Origin: the human T2T-CHM13v2.0 reference genome, Homo sapiens
Reading direction: 5' to 3' (one strand)
Assembly: GCF_009914755.1 (NCBI RefSeq)
Contig: NC_060946.1
Length of the DNA: 64,000 bases
Within the stretch, counting starts at the first letter, position 1; every line of letters starts with the position of its first letter. The notes below the pieces were generated by a model. The model was not told the DNA's origin. It did no database searches and was given only the letters and a program-made list of their open reading frames with translations. Positions 32,812-52,361 of this stretch are shown piece after piece. The translations under genes and the position numbers were made by a program.

Positions 32812-34096
32812 GTAAGTCCCTTCCCCACTGAGCCACCCCCAGCCCTGTCACCCCCGTGTGTGTCCTGTGGCACCAGGACAGAAATGGCCATGGGGCCAAG
32901 GCTTGTGGATGAGATGCCCTGGGGTCTGGAATTCCCCAGCTCCGTGCCTGGTGAGGGAGGTCTCCCTAGAAACTGAGGCAGGTGCGATTTTTGGTCAGGT
33001 GGCTGATGGTCCCAGCCTACTTCTCGTATTTTCTTGTGGGCCCATCTGCTGGTTTCATTCAGTGGAAGGTTTTCTTTCATTCCTCACCTCGGTGTGATGT
33101 GGGGTGGCTTCCTGTGGTGTCCTTGCTTGAGGACATTGTCTGGCCTGTACTGGCTTGTCAGAGCCCATGCTTTCTGGCTAATGTGCTTGATTTTAGCTTT
33201 GAAGTGAGTTCTCTGGTTTTGGGGCAGGGGGCGAGGTAGAGGCAACAGCCTGAGGGGGATGCGGCCAGGCCCCCTCCAGCCGCAGACCTGCCTGACAGGT
33301 CTGGAGTACACCCCACCCCCTTCACTTCCGTAGAATGTGCACTCCCCACACCAGGGGACCCAGATCTGGTTTCCACATTCCAGCCCTGCATGGAATGATA
33401 GAGATGCCACACCCAGCCCACTCTGAGGATGGAGTGCGCAGGATGTGGCCAATTAGAAAGGCCCTGGAGGGGGGTGGGCGGCCTGCATGCCTCTGCCCCA
33501 TCAGGGGGCCTTCCTTTCCCTCTGCCTCTGGGTTGTGGATGCTGCGACTGCTGCCACGGGGCTAGAAAGGCCTGCCAGGCCGAGCAAGCTCCTTGGGCAT
33601 CCTGAGTGCAGTAGGGGTGGCCTCTCCAGCACCCCTGCCGGGCTGCCTGGAGGAGTCCTCCAGCTGTGTCCACAAAGCAGAGTGTGAGCGCTGTGGCCCT
33701 AGACAAGGCAGGACAACCCACTCTCCTCCCCTGCCTGTGTTCCTCACTCCTTTCAGCGTCTGAGCCATAGTTGGTCCCACCATGGGCTGGCCCTGTGCTG
33801 GTGCTGGGCAGCGCTAACAGGCAGTTCCAGCTGTGATAGAAGGTGGGTGCCCGTCCCCACCCAGCTGATGAGAAGAGATTGAAGGGGAGGGGGGCGAAGG
33901 AAGGTTTTCTAGAAGAAGACACCTTGCCCGCCCTGCTGAGTAGGGCCTGGGTTGGGACGGGTTTAGAGAGATGGTAATGGACAGTCGGTGGTTCAGCTTC
34001 ACCCGAGGAACTTCCTGTGATGACGGGAGTGCTCGCGTGGGTGCTGTCCTGTCACGGCGTCTCTAGCCACTTGTGGCTATTAGACGCTTGAACTGA

Positions 34097-34425
<329 letters not shown>

Positions 34426-34642
34426 TAGTTCATTTAAGTAGCCACATGCATCTGGTGCTTTAAAATTTGACTTTTTATCTGTTCCTAAGATCATCTGGCT
34501 GGGCCAGCTCCTATGGTCACCTCTGCCAGAAAGGCCTGTGGCCCAAGAGGCTGGTAGAGGCAGGGGCCATTCTGTCCCCACTCTGCCCCAGGCCCCTTGA
34601 CCCGGCTGCTTCTGATTGACTCCCTCCCCTGTTGTCCTGCAG

Positions 34643-34850
34643 CCAAAGCCCGACCTTAACCCTGCAGTCCACCAACACGCACACGCAGAGCAGCAGCTCC
34701 AGCTCTGACGGAGGCCTCTTCCGCTCCCGGCCCGCCCACTCGCTCCCGCCTGGCGAGGACGGTCGTGTTGAGCCCTATGTGGACTTTGCTGAGTTTTACC
34801 GCCTCTGGAGCGTGGACCATGGCGAGCAGAGCGTGGTGACAGCACCGTAG
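34643..34850 (+). CDS. TAB1: TAB1 exon 11 coding part (alpha C-terminus with TAK1-binding helix)
   Basis: gtcctgcag acceptor; NQSPTLTLQS...PYVDFAEFYRLWSVDHGEQSVVTAP; TAG at 34848-34850. Confidence 0.97.
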
Positions 34851-36466
34851 GGCAGCCGGAGAATGCAGCCCAAGCAGGGCCTGGCATGGGGCAGGACAGG
34901 GTCCAGCCTTTTCCTAACATCTGCCTGTGCCACAACGGCCAGCAGGTGCCCCATCCTCTGCCCACAGCAGACTCTGTCCCATGGCTCTCCGGGCAGTAGA
35001 GTGTGTGAGTGCAGACTGGACCTGTGGTTCATACCTTGTCACCACCCGGGAAGCTGAAGGCCACTTCCTCCCAGATGGCCTCAGCCAGGACCATCGCCCT
35101 TTCTCAGAGCAGAGGGCCAGGTATAGAAACCGCAGTGGGCCTGCAAGCCGCCCGAGCCTCCCCAGCAGCCTCCTACAGAGCAGGAAGAGGCGCCCTGTGA
35201 ACCCTGAGTGTTGCAGGCCCAGCAGACCCTGCTGTCCCAAGCCCACCCCTCCTCCCACCATCACCTCCCTCACCTCGGGACAGTAGCCCTCCACTTCTCC
35301 AGCCTCTCAGCCCTGTGCTCCTGCATCCAGAGTGGAACCCAGGCTGGTGTCCGCATCTGTCCCTGGGCCCCACCCCTGGACCTGCCTTGGTTGTGTCATC
35401 TGTTGTAAACATTCAGGAGGACCAGGGCAGCATCTGGGGCCTGGGATGGCCACAGAAGGGGCAGGCCAGGTGGAAAGGAGCCAGGGGGAAGTGGTCTAAG
35501 AGACCTGGAACTGCCAGAGGATGGCGGCCTGGGCTTCCCCAGAGCCAGGCGTGCGGGAGAGGTGAGGACTGGCCCCGGTGGGCTGAGGCAGGGGCCGCTG
35601 TCGTCAGGCCTGAGCCAGGGTGAGCTGGTGCCTGCCTTGCATTTTCCTTCTGGTGCTGTGAAGACCATAGGCTGGCAGGCAGCTGAGATGAACTGTCTTT
35701 ACCACTGATGAGGGGCCTCTGCCGGCTGAGGGTAGCAAGCAGGGGTTGTGAGTCAGGCTGGGGGACTTGTTTGAAAGAAAGAGGAGTGGAAAATGGTTCC
35801 AGGAGGGAAGAGGTTCTTTGAGACACAGTACCCTGGGAGGCATAGGAGAAGGGTCGGGCCAGCCCAGCCCAGGGCCTGAGTTAGACTATTTCCCACATGT
35901 TCTCTGCCTTCAGTGGGGAGGGGGTGCCACCAGGGCTGTCGGCCAGGATTGCCACTCCTGTTTCAGAGGAAGCAGGCCGAGAGACTTGCACCTTGGCCAA
36001 GCCACACAATCAGTGGGGCAGCCAGAGCTCAGACCTGAGCCATTTTGTCAGTATCCAGGACCCCCCGGATTCTCCACGCCCTCCCCATCTCCCAGTCTCC
36101 CTGCCCCCCATGCCCCAGACCGGCCCACCAGGGACTAGCCGCTGTCGCACAGCCTCTGGGGTGCTTGGTCTCTGCAAAGTCAAAGGCCTGACAGCTCTGT
36201 GGCCTGGGAATCCATTTTCCTGCGGCAGAGCAGGGCCTGGTGTGGAACCAGGGAGCTGTGGGAAGCCACAGCAGAAATGGAAGAAAAACAGGTCTCAGCC
36301 CAGGGTCCTCGCTCACTCCCTCACTCCCCACTTTGAAGCCATCTCTGTTCTGCAGGTGAGAGGATTTAAAGTCAGTCACAAAGGCTTGGGAACAAAAGGA
36401 ATTCTCTTCCAAGAATGCCTCTGTGGTGCTGTTTGGTCTCTAGAAACAGGGTCACTTTTTTAATGT

Positions 36467-36483
36467 AGTAAAGAAGTAATAAA
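36467..36483 (+). terminator. TAB1: TAB1-alpha polyadenylation signal (AGTAAA 36467, AATAAA 36478), ending a ~1.65-kb 3' UTR
   Basis: Canonical hexamer preceded by a U-rich/UGUA element and followed by GU-rich sequence. Confidence 0.85.
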
Positions 36484-37797
36484 TGGTGGCATTACACATT
36501 GTGATATTAATAGCGCTGTTGCTCATGTTTCCTGTAACTCGCAGTGGCCCTGGGAAGTGGACGCCTCCCCTCTTCACTGCCCTGGAGGTTCAAGAACTCG
36601 GCTCGCCAGGCTGCTAAGTGGCAGGGCTGGGATTTGAACCCAGGCCTTCTGGCTGCATTCCATGCTGCCGCCCCCACAGCCCCGGGGAAACATGGCTTGC
36701 CTGTTACCTCCCAGGCCCACTCTCGGACCCAGATGTGTTCATGCACATCTGAAGGGGGTGACAGTTTTCCCTGCTGCAGGCCAAGCCCTCTGGCCCATGG
36801 CCAGTGGCAGGGTTGTGGTGCCAACTCCACTCTGCTGAGAGTGAGCCTAGGGTCTTGGTGTGTGAGTGGTGCTGTGGCCACCCGGTGCTCAGGTCACCAG
36901 GGCGGAGGCCTTGCCCTCTTGCCAGCTAGTTTGCTTTACTGGGTTTTGCTTTGGGGAAGGATCTTCTATAAATACCAGTCCATAGAGCACTTCATCCTGC
37001 TTTCTGGGACGTAAGAACTCATCCCTCTAAGAAGAGCCTCTGCAACAGAAACCGAAACAGTGCATCTGCTTAGGAACAAAGCCACTCTCTGTCTGGTGTG
37101 GTCAGAGGGTCCCGGATGTCCCCCCCTCCACTCTGCTGGGCAGGGGCTGTGCCTGCGGAGCTTCCTTCCAGGATCTGTCCTTCTCAGCTTCCCCAGCCGA
37201 GCCGCCAGGGGTCCTGAGGACCACCATGGCCCCTGAACACTCCTGGAGCTTTGGTGTCAGCCCTGCCACCCGAGAGAGAGAGAGAGACATGGTGAGTAAC
37301 TGAGGCACAGACAGGTTCAGGCACAGTCCTGGTCACAAGTGGCCACCATGCAACTCTGGGCCCCAGGTCTCTCCCAGCACCTGCTCTGCCCTAAGCGTGT
37401 GGGGCCGGGCGCTGCACTGTTGACTTTATGTCCCCTGTCCCCAGCCTTGGTGTTACTTACTGCACTTGAGCCTGTCTCCTGGAGGGAAATGAAGGTGAGA
37501 GGGACACTGTTTCATCTAAGAGGGGAAGCTCGGGAATGGGTTTGAGGACTTAAGGGGCCAGGAGTCAAGGTAAGGAAAGTGAATGGCACAGCGAGGCGAA
37601 GCTGTGCAGCCCTGGTGGGTCACTGCCACCGTCCACGTCCCCAGGTGGCGTCTGACACAAGGTGGGCCAAAGTGGCCCTCTCCAGCCTGTCTGCCTCCCA
37701 TAGCCTCCGTGGGGAAAGCACTGAGGCAGGATCAGATGGAACCAGAGAAGCCCATCCCCCACCTCCTGCCCACTCATTCCTTAAAGACATCAGTCTC

Positions 37798-38221
<424 letters not shown>

Positions 38222-40610
38222 TCACTAGGAGTTGTACCGTCCTGGTCTGGTCGTCTCATTCTCTCATGAGCTGGGAGCTGGCAGCAGAGCCAGGAGCGGA
38301 GCTGCAGAGCAGGCTCCCCACGATGCCCGTGTCGGGATGTTCCTGCCAGTGGCAGTGGGAGCAGCCGGGCCTGTCTGGAGCGACTCCAGGCTGCTCAGAC
38401 ATCAAAGGGAAAAGCACCCGATTGTGTTGTTTGCGGGGCTAGTTCCTTCTTGTCCCTCAGGTCTTAGCACAGATGCCCCCTCTGGAAAGAGCCCTTCCCT
38501 GGCCCCCACCCCACCGCCCCCTGCCCGTCTCCCTGTTGTTTCCTCCATGGGTCACTCACTCTCAGCCTGTATCCGTGTCGCCTCTCGCCTGCTCCATGGG
38601 AGCAAGGGCTTTCTCTCTTATTCCACTAGGTCCCAGCCAGGCACGCAGCAGCCCCTCACACAAGCATGGCATGAGTCAGGGAGGAAGGGACAGAGGGAAT
38701 GGCCGTGTGACCTTGGGCAGTAACTTGGGCTGGTTTTTCATGTACAAAATGAGGCGACGACCCACTTAGATTGCTGAACACATCGAGTGGCCATAGCCGT
38801 GAGAAGTGAGAGCTGCCCCTGCCCTACTGATGGGGAGACAGGTACAGGTGACGGGAGCGTTAGCCGAGATGTCCACCCATCCACCACACGCCTATGGGCA
38901 CCCTTGTGCCATGAGGGCTCAGCCTGGGCCCTGGTGGAAGCAGGTACCGGGTCGATGCTACCTGCAGCCTCATCAGAGCCTAGCTCTTGGGCAGCGGGCG
39001 TGGTTCTGGCCTCTTCACAGCCGAAGTGCAGACAGGGGCTGTGGGCCAAGCTCCTGAAATTTCCGCCGACAAGGGCATCTTTCATGAGTCTTCCTTCTGG
39101 GCCCCCTGTTTTGAAACCAAACAAGGATGCAGATTTCTGCCAATCCCGATGAGCTCGGCATGAGCACAGGCTCTGTTCCCACGCGGAGGTGATGTCAGCC
39201 CCGAGCAGAGACAGGCGCTTGGCATTCCACGAGCCTGGGCGGCCGCGTCAGGGACAGACACAGTGTCTGACAGCTGGCTTTGAGAAATACTGACACCAGT
39301 TCACAGACTCCATTCCTACCTTCAGGGACCCCCAGAAAGGTGAAAGGACCCCAGGTTGTGTGACCAGTCACCTGATCCAGCCCCTTCTTGTCCTGGTTCT
39401 CCCATCACAGAGGGGCCAGGGCAGGGCAGGAGTGGGCCTGAGAGCCCATGGCTGGTTTCCACATGCGCCATGATTAAGCTCCTGCACTCGGCATTTCAGT
39501 AAAGCCATCTTGTGGTACAGACAGTGCTGACATCAGAACCTTCCGTGGATCCAGCCTCCTACCTCCGGGTACCTGCTGTGTGGGAGTCACTCCCCTCCCC
39601 CAGCCCTGGATGCTCCTCCAGTCATCCCAGTAGCTCAGGGCCAGCCCCTGGGATGTGTCTAAGAACATGAGTGGACAAATAGATGGACTGCCCAGAGCAG
39701 GGTTTCTGAGACTTCGCTGCAGGATATGTCATCGCCCTGCAGAAAACTACCCCCACCCTAGGACCCCCCGAGTTTTGGGGTTTGTAAGAAATTACATGTC
39801 TCATTTATTTTGAACAGGTGAATTTTGCAGTCAAATTCTTGTGTTCCATTTTAGTACAAAAATAGCATTATCTTTTCAAAAGTAACATTTTGAAATTACT
39901 CGTCAAATAAATTGATGCTTCAGGAAGAGCTGTGTCAATCCTGTAGGTTTATAGATCTGCGCTTCACAGGAAACCCCAGCAGGTCCCCGGCTGCCGGGCC
40001 CAGGTGATCCTAATGAAACTCTCCACTGCTCAGGGCCAGGTGCCTTGCTGGGAGCTTGCAAAGCCTTCACTCCCGCGGCCCTCACCCAGCCCCTGAAGGG
40101 CAGCGATTTGTGTCTGAAGGTTCGCTGGGTCCTACTGCTGGCGCCCATTTTACAGATGTGGAAAAGCAAGCACAGACCAGTTAAGGAGCTTGGGCAGAGT
40201 GACTGGGAGACAGTTCAGCTCCGTATCAGAAAGGGCTTTCTAAGCGTGCGTGCTGTCACATGTAAGCGGCTCCCTGTGGGTGGTGGGCCCCCTTCCCCAC
40301 CACCACCCTGACATCACAGGTGTGAGCAGCCACCGCACACACTGGGCATCACATGGGCCGGGGAGCCTGGCTCTACAGCACAGTCCTTTGGCCATGAAGA
40401 GGGGGTGGTAGTGAAGATACAGAGTCCTTGGCTTGATAGGAGGTGGGGCTGACAGCCTCCCATCTTCCAGCCTGCCCCAAGACCACGTGACCTTTCCTGA
40501 CCTGGTGCTTCTGTAAGTCCCACCTCCCGGGTGCCCCTGGGCGACCTTGGCCCATAAATCTCTTTGATCCCCATCTCATCTTCAAATGAAGGTTTACAGC
40601 TCAGCTTTTA

Positions 40611-40808
<198 letters not shown>

Positions 40809-40811
40809 CTA

Positions 40812-40919
<108 letters not shown>

Positions 40920-41118
40920 TCAAAAAAAAGAAAAAAAAAAAGGAGTTCTAACTACGTTCCAGGTATGTAGCTGACGTGTAATATCTCATTTAACCTGGCA
41001 AAGAGTTGGTATCCGTGGCCTCAGAGAGGTTTAGAAAGTTGCCCAAGATCACACAGGAGCAAAGATTTAAACTCTGGACTTTTCTTCATGTGTCATGAAG
41101 TTTCCTCCTGATTTTCAG

Positions 41119-41200
41119 AGACCCTTCCAGGCCTGCAAGCGATTTGACAGCCATCCCTCAGTGCCAACTAAACCTCCTGGGCAGCCTGACCCCAGGGTAG
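41119..41200 (+). CDS. TAB1: TAB1-beta alternative last exon (KDPSRPASDLTAIPQCQLNLLGSLTPG*)
   Basis: cctgattttcag acceptor; joins the phase-2 end of exon 10 (AA|A); 1307+82=1389 nt = 462 aa, with the 27-aa unique tail known for TAB1-beta. Confidence 0.92.
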
Positions 41201-41624
41201 GAAGGAAGCGCCTACACCAAGGGGCCCTCTGGGAGCTGAGATCATCCTGGGGTTTTGTCGCCTGGTCTGACTTGTGCACTGGGATCTTCTCGTGCCAGGC
41301 CAGGCCCCGCCCCCTCCCCGGGACTGGGCAGACCCCCTCCCTCATGCATCTGTGTCCACTGAGGCTTCCCTCACCTAGAATGGCCCATCCTTCAGGACCC
41401 AGCTCACTCTCATCTTCTTTCCAGGGACTTATCCCCCAAGGCTGTCCTCTGTTCTGGTGAGCTCAGGGCTCTTGGAACTTGGTCTGCAGTGACTCTGGGG
41501 TTCCTGGTTAGGACCCATGTTCTCTAGGTCCCAGCACCCTGCACGGGGCAGTGTTTGTGACACTGGGCCCAGCTATTCTGAGAGAAGGACTCCAACCTTC
41601 CATCAGGTGTGGCCCGAGATGTGG

Positions 41625-41860
41625 GTGGCCCTGGGCATGGGGCATGGATGCATTGTGACTTTCATGGGCCTCTTCTGCAAAAAAAAAATTAAAATTATAC
41701 TTTATGACTATTGGTAGAAAGATAAATATATTAATACATTAAAATTTCTCTTTGAGTAAAAGTTCATTTTCTTCTGTTTTAAAGGTAAAATATTTCCACA
41801 GCCCCCTGAAAGGATGGTGGGCCCAAGGGTTCATGCCTGCTGCACCTCATCAGGAGGGTG
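41625..41860. mobile_element. Probable hAT/Tip100-type DNA transposon relic (MER96B-like)
   Basis: AT-rich core flanked by gggcc(c) motifs (taaaagttcattttcttctg...gtgggcccaagg); family assigned from memory. Confidence 0.5.
41688..41760 (+). terminator. TAB1: Candidate TAB1-beta poly(A) signals (ATTAAA 41688 and 41738; AGTAAA 41755)
   Basis: Variant hexamers in the only AT-rich patch downstream of the beta stop codon. Confidence 0.6.
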
Positions 41861-42649
41861 GCTGTGAGTCGGGGGGACCAGCGGGGCCTAAATCAGCCTC
41901 TTCAGTGCGGTGGCCTGCAGCTAACGTCCCCATCCCAGCCTTCCTGAACTTTCAACCACCCTGGGGCCTCAGACCCAGGAATAAGATTCGAGAACCGGTA
42001 GGGGGAGCTGAGGTGGGAGAATCGCTTGAGCCTGGGAGGCGGAGCTGCAGTGAGCCGAGACCGTGCCACTGCACTCCAGCCTGGGTGACAGAGTGAGACC
42101 CTGTCTCCAAAAATCCAAGAAACTTTCAAGAACAGGTGGAAAGAAATCCGGAGATGACAGAGAGGGATGTCCCCTCCCACTCTGCTCCTTTCCTCCGAGC
42201 CTTTGCCATGGCTGTGTTGGCTTCCTGGTGTGCCCTCCCTTTACCTCTAGCCAGCAACAAAGCCTGCCGGGCACCAGGCACCAGGTGTGCCGCCAAGTAG
42301 GGGCTGAGGCTGGCAGGGTGGGGAGAGGGGAGGCCGTCAGAAAGTCTCTGTTAATACTCCGGCCCTGCAGGGGCTCAGTCTCTGCGGAAGATAAAACTAC
42401 ACCTGGAAGTCTGGCCAAAACGGCCAGAATGGGCCCTGAGACCCAGGCCAAGGGGAGACCCCTTCTGTCTGATGAGTTCCGGAACCTTCCCAGAGCAGGT
42501 GGGCTCTGCACCGGGCCCTGGAATGCTCCTGAGGGGTCTGGGCTTCCTGGGACTGACTGCCAGGCTCCTCCTGTGCTGGCAGCTTTGCTAAAGATGACGG
42601 GCTAAACACATTCGTCCACTTTCCCTCCCTTCTCAAACCCCCTTAAAAC

Positions 42650-42975
42650 AACAGGGAGGGATTTCTCCCTCCCTCTGCTCCCGCCATCCATCCCTCCCTC
42701 CCTTCCTTCTTCGTTCCCTCCATTCGTCCTTCCCCCTTCCCTCCCTCCTCCCTCCCTCCCTTCCTCCCTTCCCCCTTCCCTCCCTTCCTTCCTCCTTCCC
42801 TCCATCCCTTCCTCCTTTCCTCCCTCCCTTCCCACTCCCTCCTTCCTTCCCTTCTCCCTCCCTCCCTTCCTCCTTCCTTCCCTCCCTTCTCCCTCCCTCC
42901 CTCCCTTCTTTCCTCCTTCTTTCCCTCCCTCCTTCCCTCCCTCTCCCCTCCTCCCTCCCTCCCTTCCTTCCTTCC
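42650..42975 (+). repeat. Polypyrimidine (CCCT/CCTT)n tract, ~310 bp
   Basis: Nearly pure C/T on the + strand. Confidence 0.95.
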
Positions 42976-43496
42976 AGGTATAAACCCACAAGGTTGTAGC
43001 AATCAGGAGACAACATCCACACAGGTTTTGAAGCTGAAAAGTCGATGTAGAGTGGCAACTGACTTAAGGGACACAGAAGTTACATCCCAGGTGTGTGATG
43101 GCAGCTGAATACCAGTGTGGTTTACCCTGAAGAACCACCGAAAGCTCAGCGTGAGCCAGCAGTCCCAGGTGGGGGCAAAATGAGGCGCAGTCAGGTCCCC
43201 CGGTCTCCCACCCAGAATGGCCAGGCAGTCCCGTCCTCCGCTCACCAGAGTCCACCCAGAGATAGCGGCACTGCCACAGCACTGGAAGCAGAGCAGTCGG
43301 GTGCTTCTGGGCACTGGGACCCCATTTGCCCTGCCCAGCTCCCAGCACACAGCCCAGTCTTCACCCTCCAGCAGGACACTGAGGCTCCTCGCTGGAGAAT
43401 CTGACGCACAACAAAGTCCTGAAAATACTGACATGGGGGGTCCCTAACAAGTACCCCCCACCTCCCTTCAGTGAAATCAAGAGTCTGTGTATCTAG

Positions 43497-48843
<5,347 letters not shown>

Positions 48844-51289
48844 TAAGAAACACTGTGATAAAAATGACTGACGACAACCCCAGAATCCATGAGAATTTTT
48901 TTCTTTCTAAGAGCATTAGGATTTGAGTCATGCCATGGTTTGGCTTCTGAATCTGTCTCCCTTGGAGCAGGGTCATCTCTGTGTCTCTGTGGGGACATAG
49001 GGCCAGTCTTGAAATTGTTTCCTGAGTGAGTAATGAAGTGAGTGAATGAATGAATGAAGAGCTAGCAGAAGGAGAAATCACTGGGGGGCAGGGTGCAGAA
49101 GCAGCAGGAGAATCAGGGAAGTCTTCCAGGAAGAGGCCCAGGCATCCTGGGCCCAGAAGTGGGATCAAGAGTTTGAGGAATAGGAGATGGGGTGGGGATG
49201 GGCGTATCTCAGGGTGAGGCACGAGTCCGGGCCTGAAGGGTGCTGAGGGCCTCTGCCTAGTGATGTCACGCCTGGAACCCAGCCTCTGAGCCCAGCTGTC
49301 GGGGCGGGCAGTCTAGGGGCAGCCTTCCCCATCAGACCTCTGGGAGTCAGCCCCACAACTCCCTCCCCATGCCACATCCCAGACAACACCTGGTCCTGCA
49401 GGTCTCATCTCCTCTTTCCAGCCTCCCATCTCCACCCCAGCCACCATTACCTCACCTGTTTCCCAGCGCCTCTGCCAGCTCTCCCCACTGCCAGTCTGGC
49501 CCCATCTGATCCATCTCAGACCAGCGACATCCAATCATTCCTCCAGCGAATATGCATCGAGCACTTAGTGTGCGCTCAGCTCTGATTGGGAACCAAAGAA
49601 AGGCCCTGCCCAGTGGAGAGACAGACAACAAACAAGGAAACCTAAGCGCGTCCTCTGACAGCCAGCAGCAACACGCGCCAGGGGGATAACAGGAGGAATC
49701 TGAGAAGGGATCCACGGGGCGCCTTCTCTGTGCCTTCAGGGCCATGGCTCCAGACCCTCTAGCCTTGTCAGGACTGCTGTGAGCTGTGAGTCTGGTCCTA
49801 GCCTGGCCAGCCTGGACCAGGCCACCAGCTCCACATGGCCATCACATTGCATGGCAGCACAGTGTGATCTTGGACGAGTCACTTTCCAGTTCTGAGCATC
49901 AGCTTGTCCACCTGTAGGATGAGCTTGGTGGCAAGAACACTGCAGGAATCACCAGGGCCCTGAATCCTCCTAGGAGCTGGAGGGTTGGCCCTGTGAGGAA
50001 GGAGTGACTTTCATCCCGACCTGATTTAGAAACAGTCTCTCTCCTGCCAGCTGCAGTCAGTGGGGGCTACGTCATACCCCTCATGAGACGGTGGAAGGCT
50101 CAAAAGTGATGTGGTTCATGCTGAGACATGGCCACAGTAAGTGTCCCCACAGCAGCAGACCTTGTTAGAATCCTGCTGCTCCGTTCCCTGGAGACTTTGT
50201 CCAGCCGGGGAGGGTCTGCCTGGATTCAGCCGTCTCCAAGCCTCTAATAGTAGTGAAAACGGCTGGTGTTTCTCCGACACAGCCCCTGGGCCAGTGTCAC
50301 AAGCACCACTCACAAGGCTCGCTCACCCTGCACCATCACTCCAGACCATGCTGGTGCTTTTACTGTCCCTCTTTGGGGGGATCCAAATCTAGGAAAGGCG
50401 ATGTAACTCACCCAGACCTCCGGTGGGAGCAGGCCTTGTGCCTGGTCCGCCTGCCATGTCACTGTCTCTGCGGTGTTGGCTGGGGCGGCCCCCTGGCCTC
50501 CCTCCCAGGCCCAACGCCTGGCAGGGGTGGCTGGAACAGCTGGGGGAGGCGGCCCCTCTCTTCCCTGTGTGGTCCAGGGCCGCTCTCCCCCTGGATTTCC
50601 CTCCATAGCTGCTGACCTCCAAGCTGGAGGAAAAGGACATTGCAAGGCCACTTGAGGCCTAGCCTGGACATTTCCTCATCCTAGTGGGCAAAGCAAGTCA
50701 CAGGCCTGCCCAGGTTGCAGGGAGGGGAAAATGGTGGACATGCTGCCAGGGCCGGGGAGGGAGGGGACCCTGCAGCCATCTTGGCAGACACCTCCCACCC
50801 AAGGACCCCAAGCCTCAGAGCCGTCCTTAACTGCTGGCAGCCTCCAGTGGGGCAGGGCAGCAGAGTGTATGGTGATCCCCATGCTTGCAGAAGAGGCCCA
50901 GGAGGCTCGAGGCCCAGCTGGGGGTGAGTAGAGGAGGATAAGCGGGCTCTGGACAGGCCCCAGCGTAACCAAAGGCCATTTCCTCCAGAGGCCCCGGCTC
51001 TGTCCCCGTCCCTGAGGGTGTTTTCCCGGGAATGAGCTGGGCCTGCTCCTCCTGCAGGTGATAACACTTGGCCCTGCCTGGGGTTTCCGAAAGGCGGAGG
51101 GCGCCACACAGCAGCCGCTCCCTGGCCCCGCCTCGGCCTCACAGACTCTGGAGTGCAGCAAATGTCCCCAGACAGTGATGTTCACTGAGGGTAGCAGGGG
51201 GGAAACCAGGGTGGATCTTTCCTCTCCTCCAACCCCTAGAGGCCTCGTGAACCTTTCAGTGGCCTCCCAGCACAGGTGCTGCCACTCAT

Positions 51290-51590
51290 TAGCTGCCTGA
51301 TCTTGGGAAAGTTAACTTCACTGCTTCATGCCTGTTTCCTTATCTGAAAAATGGGGAGAAAGGAAGGGCAGACACGATTGCTCTGTGCCAGGCCCCGTTC
51401 TAAGCACTTTGCATCTAGCAACTCATGCAAGCCTCCCAACAGCCCTGTCAGGCGGGGTCTGTTATGACATTCCTCACTTTACAGATGAGGAAATGAAGGC
51501 ACAGAGAGGGCAAACAAGTTGCCTGAGGTCACACAGTGAGTCAGTGAATCTCGGAGTTGGGCCCAGGTAGCCCAGGTCTGTCTTGTTAGC
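51290..51590. mobile_element. MIR relics (similar ones at ~4790-5030, 23600-23780, 24860-25000, 31820-32010, 40955-41085, 58810-58920)
   Basis: MIR core, e.g. cactttacagatgaggaaatgaaggcacagagag...tgcctgaggtcacacag. Confidence 0.75.
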
Positions 51591-52055
51591 TGCCATGCCC
51601 AACATCACGGCCTGGCGTGACAATGCAGGATGATGCCAGCCCGTGGTCAGTGATGTGGGTTTGCTTCTGTGGTTATCATCCCCGTGCTCTTTCCGGAGCC
51701 CGAACTGCACCTGCTCAGCTAGTGCCTGTGCTCCGCCTCCTATTCCTTCCCTTTTCTATACCATAGTGTGGCTGAGGTTGTTTTAAACCTGAATTTGTTT
51801 GAGCCCCTGAGCTTTCTAGTTGCAGTTCATTGCACTTCGCAGAGCAACTGGCAGGAAGTGTGTGTGGTGGCCAGAGCTCTCGCCGCAGATGCAGGCCGTG
51901 TTAACGGAGCGCAGGGCAGCCAAGGCAGGTGAGAGACCCTTTGTGTGCATCTATGCAAGTCAGGACATGTCGGGGGAGGGCAAATGGAGAGTAACTGGGA
52001 TGGAAAGGTCTGGAAACCATGTCATAGGAGGAGGTGCTAAAGAACCTGGGAGGAG

Positions 52056-52361
52056 GCCGGGCGCGGTGGCTCACACCTGTAATCCCAGCACTTTGGGAGG
52101 CCAAGGCAGGCAGATAACGAGGTCAGGAGTTCAAGACCAGCCTGACCAATATGGTGAAACCCCGTCTCTACTAAAAATACAAAAAAAATTAGCTGGGTGT
52201 GGAGGCACATGCCTGTAGTCCCAGCTACTTGGGAGGCTGAGGAAGGAGAATCACTTGAATCCGAGAGGCAGAGGTTGCAGTGAGCCAAGTTCGAGCCACC
52301 ACACTCCGGCCTAGGTGACAGAGTGAGACTCCGTCTCAAAAAAAAAAAAAAAAAAAAAAAC
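52056..52361 (+). mobile_element. Alu with TSD
   Basis: TSD aacctgggagga on both sides. Confidence 0.9.

Noticed and set aside
33158-33922. 254-aa minus-strand ORF in TAB1 intron 10
   Set aside because: GC-rich, low-information composition, no domain, no supporting promoter or splice structure seen.
37630-37655. CTCF-like tccccaggtggcgtc
   Set aside because: Several mismatches in the 5' half of the consensus; cannot be called from sequence alone.
42602-43058. Gly/Arg/Glu-rich minus-strand ORFs
   Set aside because: Translation of the polypurine simple repeat.
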